DNA of 64,000 nucleotides from Candidatus Zixiibacteriota bacterium (lineage in GTDB: Bacteria; Zixibacteria; MSB-5A5; WJJR01): NCBI GenBank assembly GCA_016235085.1, contig JACRMA010000137.1, positions 11,106-75,105 on the forward strand. The letters are read 5' to 3'. Under the pieces are notes generated by a model, which had not been told where the DNA came from, did no database searches, and worked only from the letters and a program-made list of their open reading frames with translations. Positions 29,834-39,104 of the stretch are shown here, piece by piece (position 1 is the stretch's first letter; every line of letters begins with the position of its first letter). The translations under genes and the position numbers were made by a program.

Positions 29834-29952
29834 GACCGTTTTCTCCTGTGTCCTTTGATGCGGGCCCTGGTTCTGGCGCGGCCGCTCCCCGGCGCCGAGG
29901 AACGGCCCGCCGTAATCCACCCGGTATCTGTCTTTGGTATCCTTGTGACCGG

Positions 29953-30165
29953 CTACTGCTGCGGAGGTACCCACTCGCACGTGCACTCGCCGATCATCCT
30001 CGGGCAACGACACCCCGTGATTTGGCCATCCCTATTCCGAATGGGCTCACCAGCCGAATACAAGACAGGTGCTGCCGAAACCGTCGTAGACAGCAACACA
30101 AAGCCATCAACGATCGCCAGTCCGAGCATTGCTGCGACTATTAACAGTATGCGCGCCTTTTTCAT
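29953..30165 (-). CDS. Small secreted cysteine-rich peptide precursor (~70 aa; mature ~39 aa with 4 Cys in a CxC-x7-CxC arrangement)
   Basis: MKKARILLIVAAMLGLAIVDGFVLLSTTVSA signal, then APVLYSAGEPIRNRDGQITGCRCPRMIGECTCEWVPPQQ. Strong RBS aaggaggtg 10-13 nt upstream; first gene of a minus-strand operon with the NHL, TlpA and DUF5916 genes. Confidence 0.45.
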   Translation of the reverse strand: MKKARILLIVAAMLGLAIVDGFVLLSTTVSAAPVLYSAGEPIRNRDGQITGCRCPRMIGECTCEWVPPQQ

Positions 30166-30363
30166 CATCAGCCACTCACCTCCTTTCAACGTTGCATTGA
30201 CTCCGGTGCTCATTTATCGCGATCGTGCGACATCGCACACCCTGGGACGCCCTAGCAAGAGACGTGCCGCTCCCGTACGATCCGCGAGTCGACAGGGACG
30301 TGGCTACAAGATCGTGAGTAGCATGGAGTTGCTTATCTTAGTCCGGCTTCGGGTGCCGGGTGC

Positions 30364-30373
30364 GGGGGGGGGG
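30364..30373. repeat. Homopolymeric G10 tract (C10 on the coding strand of the flanking operons) in the intergenic region ~200 bp upstream of the Cys-peptide operon
   Basis: Read directly: tgcggggggggggacc. Confidence 0.8.
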
Positions 30374-30762
30374 ACCACAATTGGCGCGAAAAGCTGCGGA
30401 TTCGCCTTGGAATGTTCGAATCATGCAGAATAACCGCGCAGGAATTTGCCAAAACCGGTGAGCAGTCGAGGTCGATATTCCAAGTGACTGAGAGATATGC
30501 GATTACGATGCAGAAACTTGCGCTTCCGGATCCCGGTTCAATCGATTGCGGCACCCGATCCGGTCCTCCCGGATGTACTTCAGGTGACTCTGACGATTAC
30601 TCAGAATTTGAACGCAACCACACTGGAGAGTTTCCAAGAATCAGATTCGCCATCCAGATTGCCTGCGTTCGCGCGCATGACGGGACGATCTGTCTACCAT
30701 CGACGGATGCGCTCAACTTTGCGGTCTGGCACCGAAGTCGAATGACCTGACTACGAAGCCGT

Positions 30763-33700
30763 CTAGAACGCAAACCGCCACTCTCCCTGCGGGGCCGGCC
30801 CGCTGCCGCTGAGGTAGGCCAGCAGGTAGACCAGATCCACGGGGTTGACGGCGCCGTCATTGTTCACGTCGCCGCAATAGGTATCCGGATAGATCTGATT
30901 GCCCGAAAAGAGCCAACAGGCGTCGGCGAGATTAACGCATCCGTCGTCGTTGACATCGCCCCGCGCGTATCCCGCCCAGCGTGCCGCGCGTTTGGCGACT
31001 TCGACACCAAGGGCCTCGATAGTCGCGACGTCGTTGGATATTGCGGGGACGGCGAACATTGCCTGCACCTCGTTATAAGTACCGTTGGCCGGCAGGATGA
31101 AACCTTTGTTGGTGAGGAATGCCATCCGATCATCTGGGGTACCAGCCACTCCCTGGGGCCCTTCACAGTACTCGCGACTCGACCAGAGGTTGGCGTTATC
31201 CCACGTTAACCCCGCGATGTCTGCTTCGAACCACAGGTCCCACCAGTAACCCCACCAGTTGCACACGGAGATCTTGTGAGGCGAATTGGTAGCCGGTGCT
31301 ATTCCGCAGTAGGACGAGGGCTGGCTTGGGTCAAACATCCCATACGCAAAACGAGGTGACAGGGCATCCCAGATCGCATAGCCATCGAAACTGTCGGAAA
31401 TCAGACCGACGTTTGTCATAGGATTGTTAGCAACGTCCCAATCCATGTATGTCCCTGCCCTGAGTTCCTTGGCGAGTGAATCCCTGTTCTTGATTCGCCA
31501 CGAGATCAGTTTGAAATCACCATACATTGGATCGTTCGCACCAACTTCAGTCTGCGTTACGAATGTATTGATCGGCTGCACATTGGTGAAACCATATGGC
31601 AGGGTCGTGTCGACATAGTTCGAGCGAACCCACTCCCCCAGGATTTCAACAGGAATCCCGGGGCAGCCTCCCTGGCGGCGATAACCCATATGGACACTAC
31701 TGCCGCCATCGAATCCACAAGTACTATCCGAACGACGAAGCTCGGGACGAAACAGGCCCTCCATATTGTAGAAGTCAGCCGCAACCTGACCACGACCGCT
31801 ATTGAACTTTTCTCCCGACAAAACGAGGCTACCATCGTACAGATTGGCACTGTATCCGTCATCCGCACCCCAAACCAGCGCTCCAATATTGCCGTCTCCC
31901 AGGGAACCATGATTGAACACCTTCTCGCTATTGGGTGCGCCAAGGGTGTTCCAGTTAAGCACGGTACTGGCTTCAGGGCAGCCCCCATTATACACGACGT
32001 GGAGCGTCGGATACATGTACGAATACGTTAGGTCTTCGGGGTAAAGATCAGGATCGTTGTTGGGGAATTCGATGTACTCCTCATCGGTCCCGCGCCCAAG
32101 TCCGGTGCCATCATACATCCACGAGACGTTGGTAGATTGCCCAGGTGGAAGAGGATTCGCGCTGAATGAAACAGCGGACGTGCGCAGCACATCGTCGGTC
32201 CCTGCCGTGATCGACCCCGTGGCGCGGGCCTTTAGACGCGACTTGTTCGCGGTTTCAATAGCCTTGTCGAAAGCGGTCAAATCGTCTTCCCCACGCGCGC
32301 CCACACCGGCGAGGATGGCCCGCTTCGAGAGCCTGTCGTCCTTGAACCGGGTCACGTAATCGCTGCCGAGATGGCGATCCACGTAAGCGGCGGCATACCG
32401 GCGTTGAATGTCCGTGTAGCTCCCTGCCGATGGCGGCGGATCCCAGAGAACCGGATTCTGGAAATTGAGACTGACACAGCCGTCGTTGCTGAATACGCCC
32501 GCCTCTGTGTGCGTCTGCCCGGATGGGGTACCCAACGGTACCTGGATTTCAGTCGAGTAGACATACTGGTGGAGGAACGGCCTGAGCTGCTGATGGAAGC
32601 GCCATGCCGTCACGACTCCATAACCGCTTGGTTCGAGTACGGCACTGCGGGCGCTCACCACGGCATAATCTTCTCCGTTTGCGAAATTGTGCGCGATCGC
32701 CGTGCCATTCACGATACCAGTGAATTGGCGCCGCCACTCCAGTGACTGGTCAGTGGTGTTGAGCAGGTACCACCACCCCAGCCGGTCGCCGGCGAAGAGA
32801 TACTTGTCACAGGAAAGAGTGACATTGATAGGGACGGCGGCGACACCCTGCACGGAGAAATTGTGAATGGCTGTTCCCCCGAATTTGTCCACCATGAGAA
32901 TTCCGGCGGATGGATCGTCTTGGGGTATGTAGAGGAAGTTTGGACCGATGGTCGGCGCTGCGTAGAGCGTCGGGCCCTCGGCCATGCGCCACCGGATCGC
33001 CGAGGGATCCAGAGTTGGCCCCGGACCGGCGAGTGAAACGTCGATCGCGTAACGGTGACCTCCAGAGGCCGCACTCGGTGCGTCGTTATAATAGGTCGCG
33101 CCGTAGAGAATCGCGCCCTCGACAGAAACTCCGCCGGGCCAGCCCTCGAGTGTGGCAGCCGCATCTTTGAAGTTCCAATTCACGGCGCCGGTGGCGGCGT
33201 TGATCGAATAAAGCGATCCGTCGCCTAGACTTCCAAAGGTCGCCGTCCCCACATAAAGGTTGGTGCCATCGAACGATGGTGACATCAAACTGCCACGATC
33301 GAGGGCGATCGGGTTGGTTCCCCAGCCCGAGTAGAGAAATCCGGTCCGTGCGTCCAAGGCGTACAGCCAACCGTGATTGGAGCTCGTTGTCATCTCGGTA
33401 CCGATTACGACAATGCTGTCCGTGCCGACACGATAGACCGCCGCGGCACCGAATCGATTCCGGGTCAGTAGGGAACCGTGAGCCGCCGCCGCGAGCCCTG
33501 GACCGCTCAGGTCATTCGACCAATACACAGTCGAGAGCGTCGTGTCCCAGCACGATATCGAATTCGCGGTACCACCGGTAATGAAGGCGCGATTTCCCTC
33601 CACTGACACGTTGCACCGTACCTGGCCGCTAGTGTAGGGAAACACGCCAACGCGATTGCCAGGGGTTCCGGTGGCCAGGTCGAACGAGTTAACTTCGTTA

Positions 33701-35364
33701 TCAGACGCGACATAGACCTTGCCGCCGGCAATGACCGGACTCGTGAAACTGGACAACTTGGGCAGGAACTTCGACCACTCGGCCCGAACCTCACACGGGT
33801 TCCCGACCGTCATCCCGCTCGCCCCTGTCCTTTGATAATCATGCATCCAGGTGTTCCAGTCATCGGCATGGGCCGAAGTACAGGCACTTGGAATCTCAAC
33901 GACCCTCTCCTTGCAGATATAGGCGTCGATGTATGCCTCGTCGTCGTTCCCCGAGTACTCGCCGCCGTACAACCAGCTTCCCGAAACATTGAACATCGTG
34001 TGCGGATCGGTGGTGCAGGACCCGTATGATCGTGTGCGTGTATACAGCGCATACCGATGGGCGGGTCCATTTGGCACGGAAAGCGCGACAAACAAATCTT
34101 GCGACAGTCCACCGTTGAGATTGCCCCAGATCACATCCGGGATTGGCACATTGTTGGTCAATGGCGGGTTCACCAGACTGGCGTACGGCACCGTCACCGA
34201 GTAGAGCAACGCCCCCGGATTTGTCGTCAGGCCACATGACGCTCCGGATGCGGCTCCAAAGATTTCAACCAAGACGTCGGGCGCTCCAGTGTAGGGCATT
34301 CCCATGAATGCGATTTGTTTGAGCGTGTCCAGTCCGAGCGATGCGAATCGCGTGGCCATCTTTTGGCGTGCACCGGAAAGGCTGGGGAGCGTATACGCAA
34401 AAAGCTCGGGATCGGTTACCGGATTTGCCACACCACGCCCGACCCCATACCACCATTGCCAGCCGCATACACCCGGCGCACAAGCGGTGGCGGGATCATT
34501 GGGTGTGTACCCTTCGGAGTACAGCCGCAAATGATATGGCCCCATGAGATCATTGACCCAGTCATAGAGCCCAGCGCCATCGTGGAGGTAATTGTGGCAG
34601 GGCTGTGCCGGCGGTGGCGCAGGTATCGATCCCGCACCGTCGGTTAATACCTGAGCGATTCCGGGCTCCCAGCTTCCGGACAGATAGACAGCGGCGAAAT
34701 AGGGGCCGGTCACACAGCACTCAACAACGAACGGGAGTTTGATCAGATAATTCACGCCGGCCGTGGAACCACCGTTGAGCGTCACCTGGTAGACTGGTCC
34801 GGCACACTTGACGCCGCCCGGTATGGGACAGCCGGGATTCGTCAAGTCGGCGTCGAATGCCACCGGCTGAAGATTGAAAGTGAATGGGTTGGGTTGCTCG
34901 GATGCGGGACGTTTATTGACCTCAATGTTGATGGCTGTGGCATTGAACGTGTATGCCGGCGTGCAGGCAGCGCCCCATGAATAGGGCAGCGTACCAGATG
35001 GGTCCTGAAGGCTGAAATACGTCTCGCCGCCGGCAAAGGAGAGTGTAACGCGATTCATCTGCGGTCCCATCCAATCGCCAATGCAAAACGAGCCGGGTAG
35101 CGCCAGCGGTGTTCCGGCTTGCGCAGTTGTGAGGGGCGTGTTTTCGAGGAGGGTCGGCCGCAGGTTGCCGGGAGGTGCGTTACGGACTAATTGGATGACA
35201 CCATCTTTGGACGGTGGAGCCGCTGGCGCAATGACCGGCGCATTTACCAACGTCAGAACTGCAACCGCGATCGCAAAGTCCCTGGATACTCGCACGCGTA
35301 CCTCCGGATGTCGCTTACGGCAGTTTTCGGAACGGATGTATAACCAGAACAGGGAGCCGATCAC
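30763..35364 (-). CDS. Giant (1533 aa) secreted surface protein with PQQ/BamB-like beta-propeller repeats and a C-terminal dockerin-like double Ca-binding module
   Basis: Repeats such as LYALDARTGFLYSGWG / LYSINAATGAVNWNF. C-terminus GDVNDDGCVNLADACWLF...CGDVNNDGAVNPVDLVYLLAYL is a dockerin-type DxNxDGxxNxxD pair. Confidence 0.6.
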   Translation of the reverse strand: MIGSLFWLYIRSENCRKRHPEVRVRVSRDFAIAVAVLTLVNAPVIAPAAPPSKDGVIQLVRNAPPGNLRPTLLENTPLTTAQAGTPLALPGSFCIGDWMGPQMNRVTLSFAGGETYFSLQDPSGTLPYSWGAACTPAYTFNATAINIEVNKRPASEQPNPFTFNLQPVAFDADLTNPGCPIPGGVKCAGPVYQVTLNGGSTAGVNYLIKLPFVVECCVTGPYFAAVYLSGSWEPGIAQVLTDGAGSIPAPPPAQPCHNYLHDGAGLYDWVNDLMGPYHLRLYSEGYTPNDPATACAPGVCGWQWWYGVGRGVANPVTDPELFAYTLPSLSGARQKMATRFASLGLDTLKQIAFMGMPYTGAPDVLVEIFGAASGASCGLTTNPGALLYSVTVPYASLVNPPLTNNVPIPDVIWGNLNGGLSQDLFVALSVPNGPAHRYALYTRTRSYGSCTTDPHTMFNVSGSWLYGGEYSGNDDEAYIDAYICKERVVEIPSACTSAHADDWNTWMHDYQRTGASGMTVGNPCEVRAEWSKFLPKLSSFTSPVIAGGKVYVASDNEVNSFDLATGTPGNRVGVFPYTSGQVRCNVSVEGNRAFITGGTANSISCWDTTLSTVYWSNDLSGPGLAAAAHGSLLTRNRFGAAAVYRVGTDSIVVIGTEMTTSSNHGWLYALDARTGFLYSGWGTNPIALDRGSLMSPSFDGTNLYVGTATFGSLGDGSLYSINAATGAVNWNFKDAAATLEGWPGGVSVEGAILYGATYYNDAPSAASGGHRYAIDVSLAGPGPTLDPSAIRWRMAEGPTLYAAPTIGPNFLYIPQDDPSAGILMVDKFGGTAIHNFSVQGVAAVPINVTLSCDKYLFAGDRLGWWYLLNTTDQSLEWRRQFTGIVNGTAIAHNFANGEDYAVVSARSAVLEPSGYGVVTAWRFHQQLRPFLHQYVYSTEIQVPLGTPSGQTHTEAGVFSNDGCVSLNFQNPVLWDPPPSAGSYTDIQRRYAAAYVDRHLGSDYVTRFKDDRLSKRAILAGVGARGEDDLTAFDKAIETANKSRLKARATGSITAGTDDVLRTSAVSFSANPLPPGQSTNVSWMYDGTGLGRGTDEEYIEFPNNDPDLYPEDLTYSYMYPTLHVVYNGGCPEASTVLNWNTLGAPNSEKVFNHGSLGDGNIGALVWGADDGYSANLYDGSLVLSGEKFNSGRGQVAADFYNMEGLFRPELRRSDSTCGFDGGSSVHMGYRRQGGCPGIPVEILGEWVRSNYVDTTLPYGFTNVQPINTFVTQTEVGANDPMYGDFKLISWRIKNRDSLAKELRAGTYMDWDVANNPMTNVGLISDSFDGYAIWDALSPRFAYGMFDPSQPSSYCGIAPATNSPHKISVCNWWGYWWDLWFEADIAGLTWDNANLWSSREYCEGPQGVAGTPDDRMAFLTNKGFILPANGTYNEVQAMFAVPAISNDVATIEALGVEVAKRAARWAGYARGDVNDDGCVNLADACWLFSGNQIYPDTYCGDVNNDGAVNPVDLVYLLAYLSGSGPAPQGEWRFAF

Positions 35365-35516
35365 ACCTCCGGCAACAAAACCCTGAGATTATAAGGTACA
35401 AGAAAAGGGCTGAATGTCAAGATCGACAGAGAAGTTCTTCTGGCGCACATCGGCGCTAGAGGGATGCATATTCCTGGTACGAAACGCCAAAGTCGGAACG
35501 CTCCGGCGTTGTGTGC

Positions 35517-38500
35517 TCACGGCTCGCAGGGAGCCGTGCCGCCTCTGAAGATGTAGTTGATCAGTATGACGACATCGAGCAAGTCGGTCCGGCCGTCGCA
35601 ATTCATGTCGGTCGGTTCAAAGGGCGGGAAGGTGCTGCCGTTGCGGTAGAGCATATCGATCAGGCGCACTAGATAGATCACGTCGTAATCGGGCGAGAGA
35701 ATCACTCCGGAGTTCCAATTATCGGCCTGGAATCGCGGCCATGGACGCGCCTTTCGCGTGAACGGTGTGCCCAGATCCCACAGCGCCACACTGGTACCGG
35801 TCGATTGCACCGTGACCATGTCTGCCTGCGCGTCACCATCGACGTCTCCCACGATCGGGGCCGACATGATGCTGGAGGAACCAATTCCAAACGTGAGAGG
35901 ATATCCCGGCACAAAGGTGCCATCCGGATTCAGTGCCCAAATCTGGTCGGGGCCGAAGAGCAGCTCACCGATTCGAAGAATGATTTCCGGCTGTTGATCA
36001 TTGTCGATATCCGCGAGAATGACCGCTGATGCTGACCCGGGCAATGGCGTAAAGAGCCCGTTGGTCGAGTCGGACAATAGCGGCACGCCGTTGGCGTGGT
36101 ACGCATAGAGGAAGCCGTCGCCAAGCGAATACGGCGCCAGAAACAATTCCGGTACTCTGTCGCCATCGACATCGCCGGCAGTGAGCGAATACAGGATATA
36201 TTTGTCCATCGTTTGCGGGATCGTTTGTGGCCATCCCGCCAACGAGGATCCGTTCGGCTCGATGATGTTGAGGTTGAAATTTCCCGCAGCGGCGTCGGTA
36301 TAGATGTACGCGATCTCCCTGGTGCCGTCATTGTCAAAGTCGCCAATCGCCAGACCGTGCGTTGAGTGGTGACTCCGAACTTCTACGGAGGCGTTTCCAT
36401 GGTAGGGCAAGCCAGTGCGTCCATCGAAGATGAAGATTCCATCGGCGGCAATTACCAGCTCCGGACGGCCATCACCGTCGAGGTCGCAGATGCTTTCGCG
36501 CGGGACGGAATAGTTGAACGTGGTCGCACATGGAACAAAGCCGAAACTGTGCGTTGAGAGCGGGCTGTACGGCGTGCCGTCCTCGTGCCAGGCGTTAATT
36601 ATGCCCGCGCTGTCGATTGCGACAATCTCCAGCGGGCCTTCTGCATCAAGATCGCCGATTCCGGGTACGGTCACGCCAAAGACATGACTACGGCCACTGA
36701 ACGGTTGGGGCCAGCCCGCATACTGCTCCCCGATGAAGGCGTACACGTACATTGAATCGGGTGAAGCGACAATGATTTCATCCTTGCCGTCGCTGTCCAG
36801 ATCCGCGACGGCCGGCGGTGTCTGAAATCTTGCCAGCGTATCACGCGGCCAGCCGGGGTAACTGGTTCCGTTTGCCGATAGTACCCAGAGTCCGCGCGTG
36901 GTTGGACAGATGATCTCGTCTGTGCCGTTACCATCAATGTCGGCGGTGGTGGTGGCGAATCCGATTGAGGCCGGCAGTCTCACTGGCCAGCCGGTGTGGA
37001 ATACGGACTCCACGGTGACCGCGACAGAGTCGCGTGTCACTCCTGACGCGGTCACCAGCGTCAAGCGGAGCCAGTAATTCCCCGATGGCAGCAGATCCAC
37101 TTCCCAGATTCCCAGCGTGTCGTCCCACACCGGACGCGAAGACTGGCTGATCGCGCGCATCGTCATCGCCGGAGCCGGTCCCAACGCTTCCAAACGGTAG
37201 CTCTCAAAATCCGGCGCGATGGCAGTTCCCTTCACCATTGCCAGCAAGTGGACGTGCTGACCGCTGGCCGGTGACGTTAGTTTCGCGATCGGCGCTTGCG
37301 CGAGATTGACCGGCATGTCGAACACGGCATCGGGTCCGGCGTCGAGCCGTACCATGTATGGACCGTTCAAGGTGCTGGTATTCCAAGTAGCGAGGGTGCC
37401 GCCGGAATTGGGCGTCGAGGACGTCGCAATTGTGCTCCACGACGCTGAGGCCGGGGAGTGTCCGGGCGCGATTCTTACGGAGTAAGTTGTAAAGGCGCTT
37501 CCACCCGCGTACCCGGTGATCGGGACCAATCCGCTGAGCCATTCATTTGTCTGAGGCGAGGTGATTTCAACGAAGATTCTGGGGAGACCCGCGACGGCGC
37601 GCGCGAGATTGATTCGACCCCACCCGGTGTAGCGGTCGAATCCGGGCAGATGTGCACCGGTTCCATACGGGTCCAGAATGTCATCGGCCGTGGATGTCAG
37701 GATCTGGCGGACACGCGCGGTCGAAAGCCCCGGCGCAATTGACAATAGAGCCGCCGCCGCGCCGGTCACGTGCGGTGCCGCCATCGATGTTCCGGAGGCG
37801 ATGTAATACCGGTCATTGATGATGTGCACGCCCGGTTCCGCACCAGAGGCATACAGATCGGTTCCCACGGCGCGCAATGAGAGAATGTCCTGACCGGGTG
37901 CGGCGACGTCAATGGAGTCGTTGAACGTGGAAAACGTCGCAAGACGGTCATCGGCGGTCGACGCGCCAACCCCAATCGTGACGGTGTACGCACTCGGATA
38001 GAAGACCGTGCTGTCGCCGGAATTCCCCATCGAGGCGACCAGCACCACGCCGTGGTCCGAGGCGTACTTCAGCGCGTCCTCCAACGCCCGCGACGGATAG
38101 GCGCCGCCCCAGCTCATGTTGACCACTCGGGCGCCGCGCAACACAGCGTAGTAGACGGCCTGAGAAGTGACGGAGAAGTACGCATTGGGGAATACCTTGA
38201 TGGCGAAGACACGCGCCGAGTCCGCCACGCCGGCGATCCCGATGCCGTTGTTCACCTCTGCCGCGACCGTCCCCGCCACGTGGGTGCCGTGTCCGATCTG
38301 GTCGCTAACGTCGTTATCACCGGCTAATGTGGTTGGTGACGCACTCACGTCGCCGGAAAAATCCCAGCCGTAGACGTCATCGACAAACCCGTTATGATCG
38401 TCGTCGATTCCGTTTGCCGGTATCTCGCCGTCGTTGGTGTACAAACGGCCGGTGATATCCTCGTGGTCTGTCTCGATTCCGGTGTCAATGATCCCGACCG

Positions 38501-39095
38501 GCACCTTTGCCTTTGGACCGGCGTCGTCATACGAAGCGCGGAATCGGACATCGGCTCCCGGCGTGCCCGTAAGGTTTGCCAGCGTGTCGTTGTGCTCCCC
38601 CGCGACACGCAAAACCGACCAATACGGTTGGCCGGAGTTTTCGAGATCCCACTGACGTGAATACAGGACATCGCTGGGTGGCGCATGCAATTCGAACAGC
38701 CGGTCCACCTCGGCCCACTCGACCCAGGGGAGCGCCTGCAAGCGCTTCACGAACTCCTCCGCCGATACGCCGGCATCGGGCTGGACAAGATACGTGCGGT
38801 TGGCCGGGTTCTCGCTCTCCGTGACGGCGGCCGTCGGCCACAGCGCCCGTGCATTGCGGGCTCCGGCTGCGGCAGCCCACTGGTGGACCCGTCCGGCGGA
38901 TTTGTCTGTCCCGAAATCGCCGGGGCCAAGATATCCCTGCCGTACCTTGACGATGACACTGCCTGAGTATGCCGGACTTGCAGGTCTGTATGCTGGAGGC
39001 CGGCTGGCGTCGCATGAGTGTTGTACGCTGGCCAGCGCCGGTCGGCGTCGCTTTCCGCGGGGAATGGGCCCGGACATGAGACGTCTCATGTCCAT
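35517..39095 (-). CDS. S8 subtilisin-like serine protease (1192 aa) with FG-GAP/VCBS-like repeats and a C-terminal dockerin-like module ending GGTAPCEP
   Basis: Catalytic triad motifs DTGI..DH, HGTHVAGTVAA and GTSMAAPHVTGAAA. Repeated DxDGDG..EI segments; C-terminus TDMNCDGRTDLLDVVILINYIFRGGTAPCEP. Confidence 0.75.
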   Translation of the reverse strand: MDMRRLMSGPIPRGKRRRPALASVQHSCDASRPPAYRPASPAYSGSVIVKVRQGYLGPGDFGTDKSAGRVHQWAAAAGARNARALWPTAAVTESENPANRTYLVQPDAGVSAEEFVKRLQALPWVEWAEVDRLFELHAPPSDVLYSRQWDLENSGQPYWSVLRVAGEHNDTLANLTGTPGADVRFRASYDDAGPKAKVPVGIIDTGIETDHEDITGRLYTNDGEIPANGIDDDHNGFVDDVYGWDFSGDVSASPTTLAGDNDVSDQIGHGTHVAGTVAAEVNNGIGIAGVADSARVFAIKVFPNAYFSVTSQAVYYAVLRGARVVNMSWGGAYPSRALEDALKYASDHGVVLVASMGNSGDSTVFYPSAYTVTIGVGASTADDRLATFSTFNDSIDVAAPGQDILSLRAVGTDLYASGAEPGVHIINDRYYIASGTSMAAPHVTGAAAALLSIAPGLSTARVRQILTSTADDILDPYGTGAHLPGFDRYTGWGRINLARAVAGLPRIFVEITSPQTNEWLSGLVPITGYAGGSAFTTYSVRIAPGHSPASASWSTIATSSTPNSGGTLATWNTSTLNGPYMVRLDAGPDAVFDMPVNLAQAPIAKLTSPASGQHVHLLAMVKGTAIAPDFESYRLEALGPAPAMTMRAISQSSRPVWDDTLGIWEVDLLPSGNYWLRLTLVTASGVTRDSVAVTVESVFHTGWPVRLPASIGFATTTADIDGNGTDEIICPTTRGLWVLSANGTSYPGWPRDTLARFQTPPAVADLDSDGKDEIIVASPDSMYVYAFIGEQYAGWPQPFSGRSHVFGVTVPGIGDLDAEGPLEIVAIDSAGIINAWHEDGTPYSPLSTHSFGFVPCATTFNYSVPRESICDLDGDGRPELVIAADGIFIFDGRTGLPYHGNASVEVRSHHSTHGLAIGDFDNDGTREIAYIYTDAAAGNFNLNIIEPNGSSLAGWPQTIPQTMDKYILYSLTAGDVDGDRVPELFLAPYSLGDGFLYAYHANGVPLLSDSTNGLFTPLPGSASAVILADIDNDQQPEIILRIGELLFGPDQIWALNPDGTFVPGYPLTFGIGSSSIMSAPIVGDVDGDAQADMVTVQSTGTSVALWDLGTPFTRKARPWPRFQADNWNSGVILSPDYDVIYLVRLIDMLYRNGSTFPPFEPTDMNCDGRTDLLDVVILINYIFRGGTAPCEP

Positions 39096-39104
39096 CGGTA
39101 TGCT

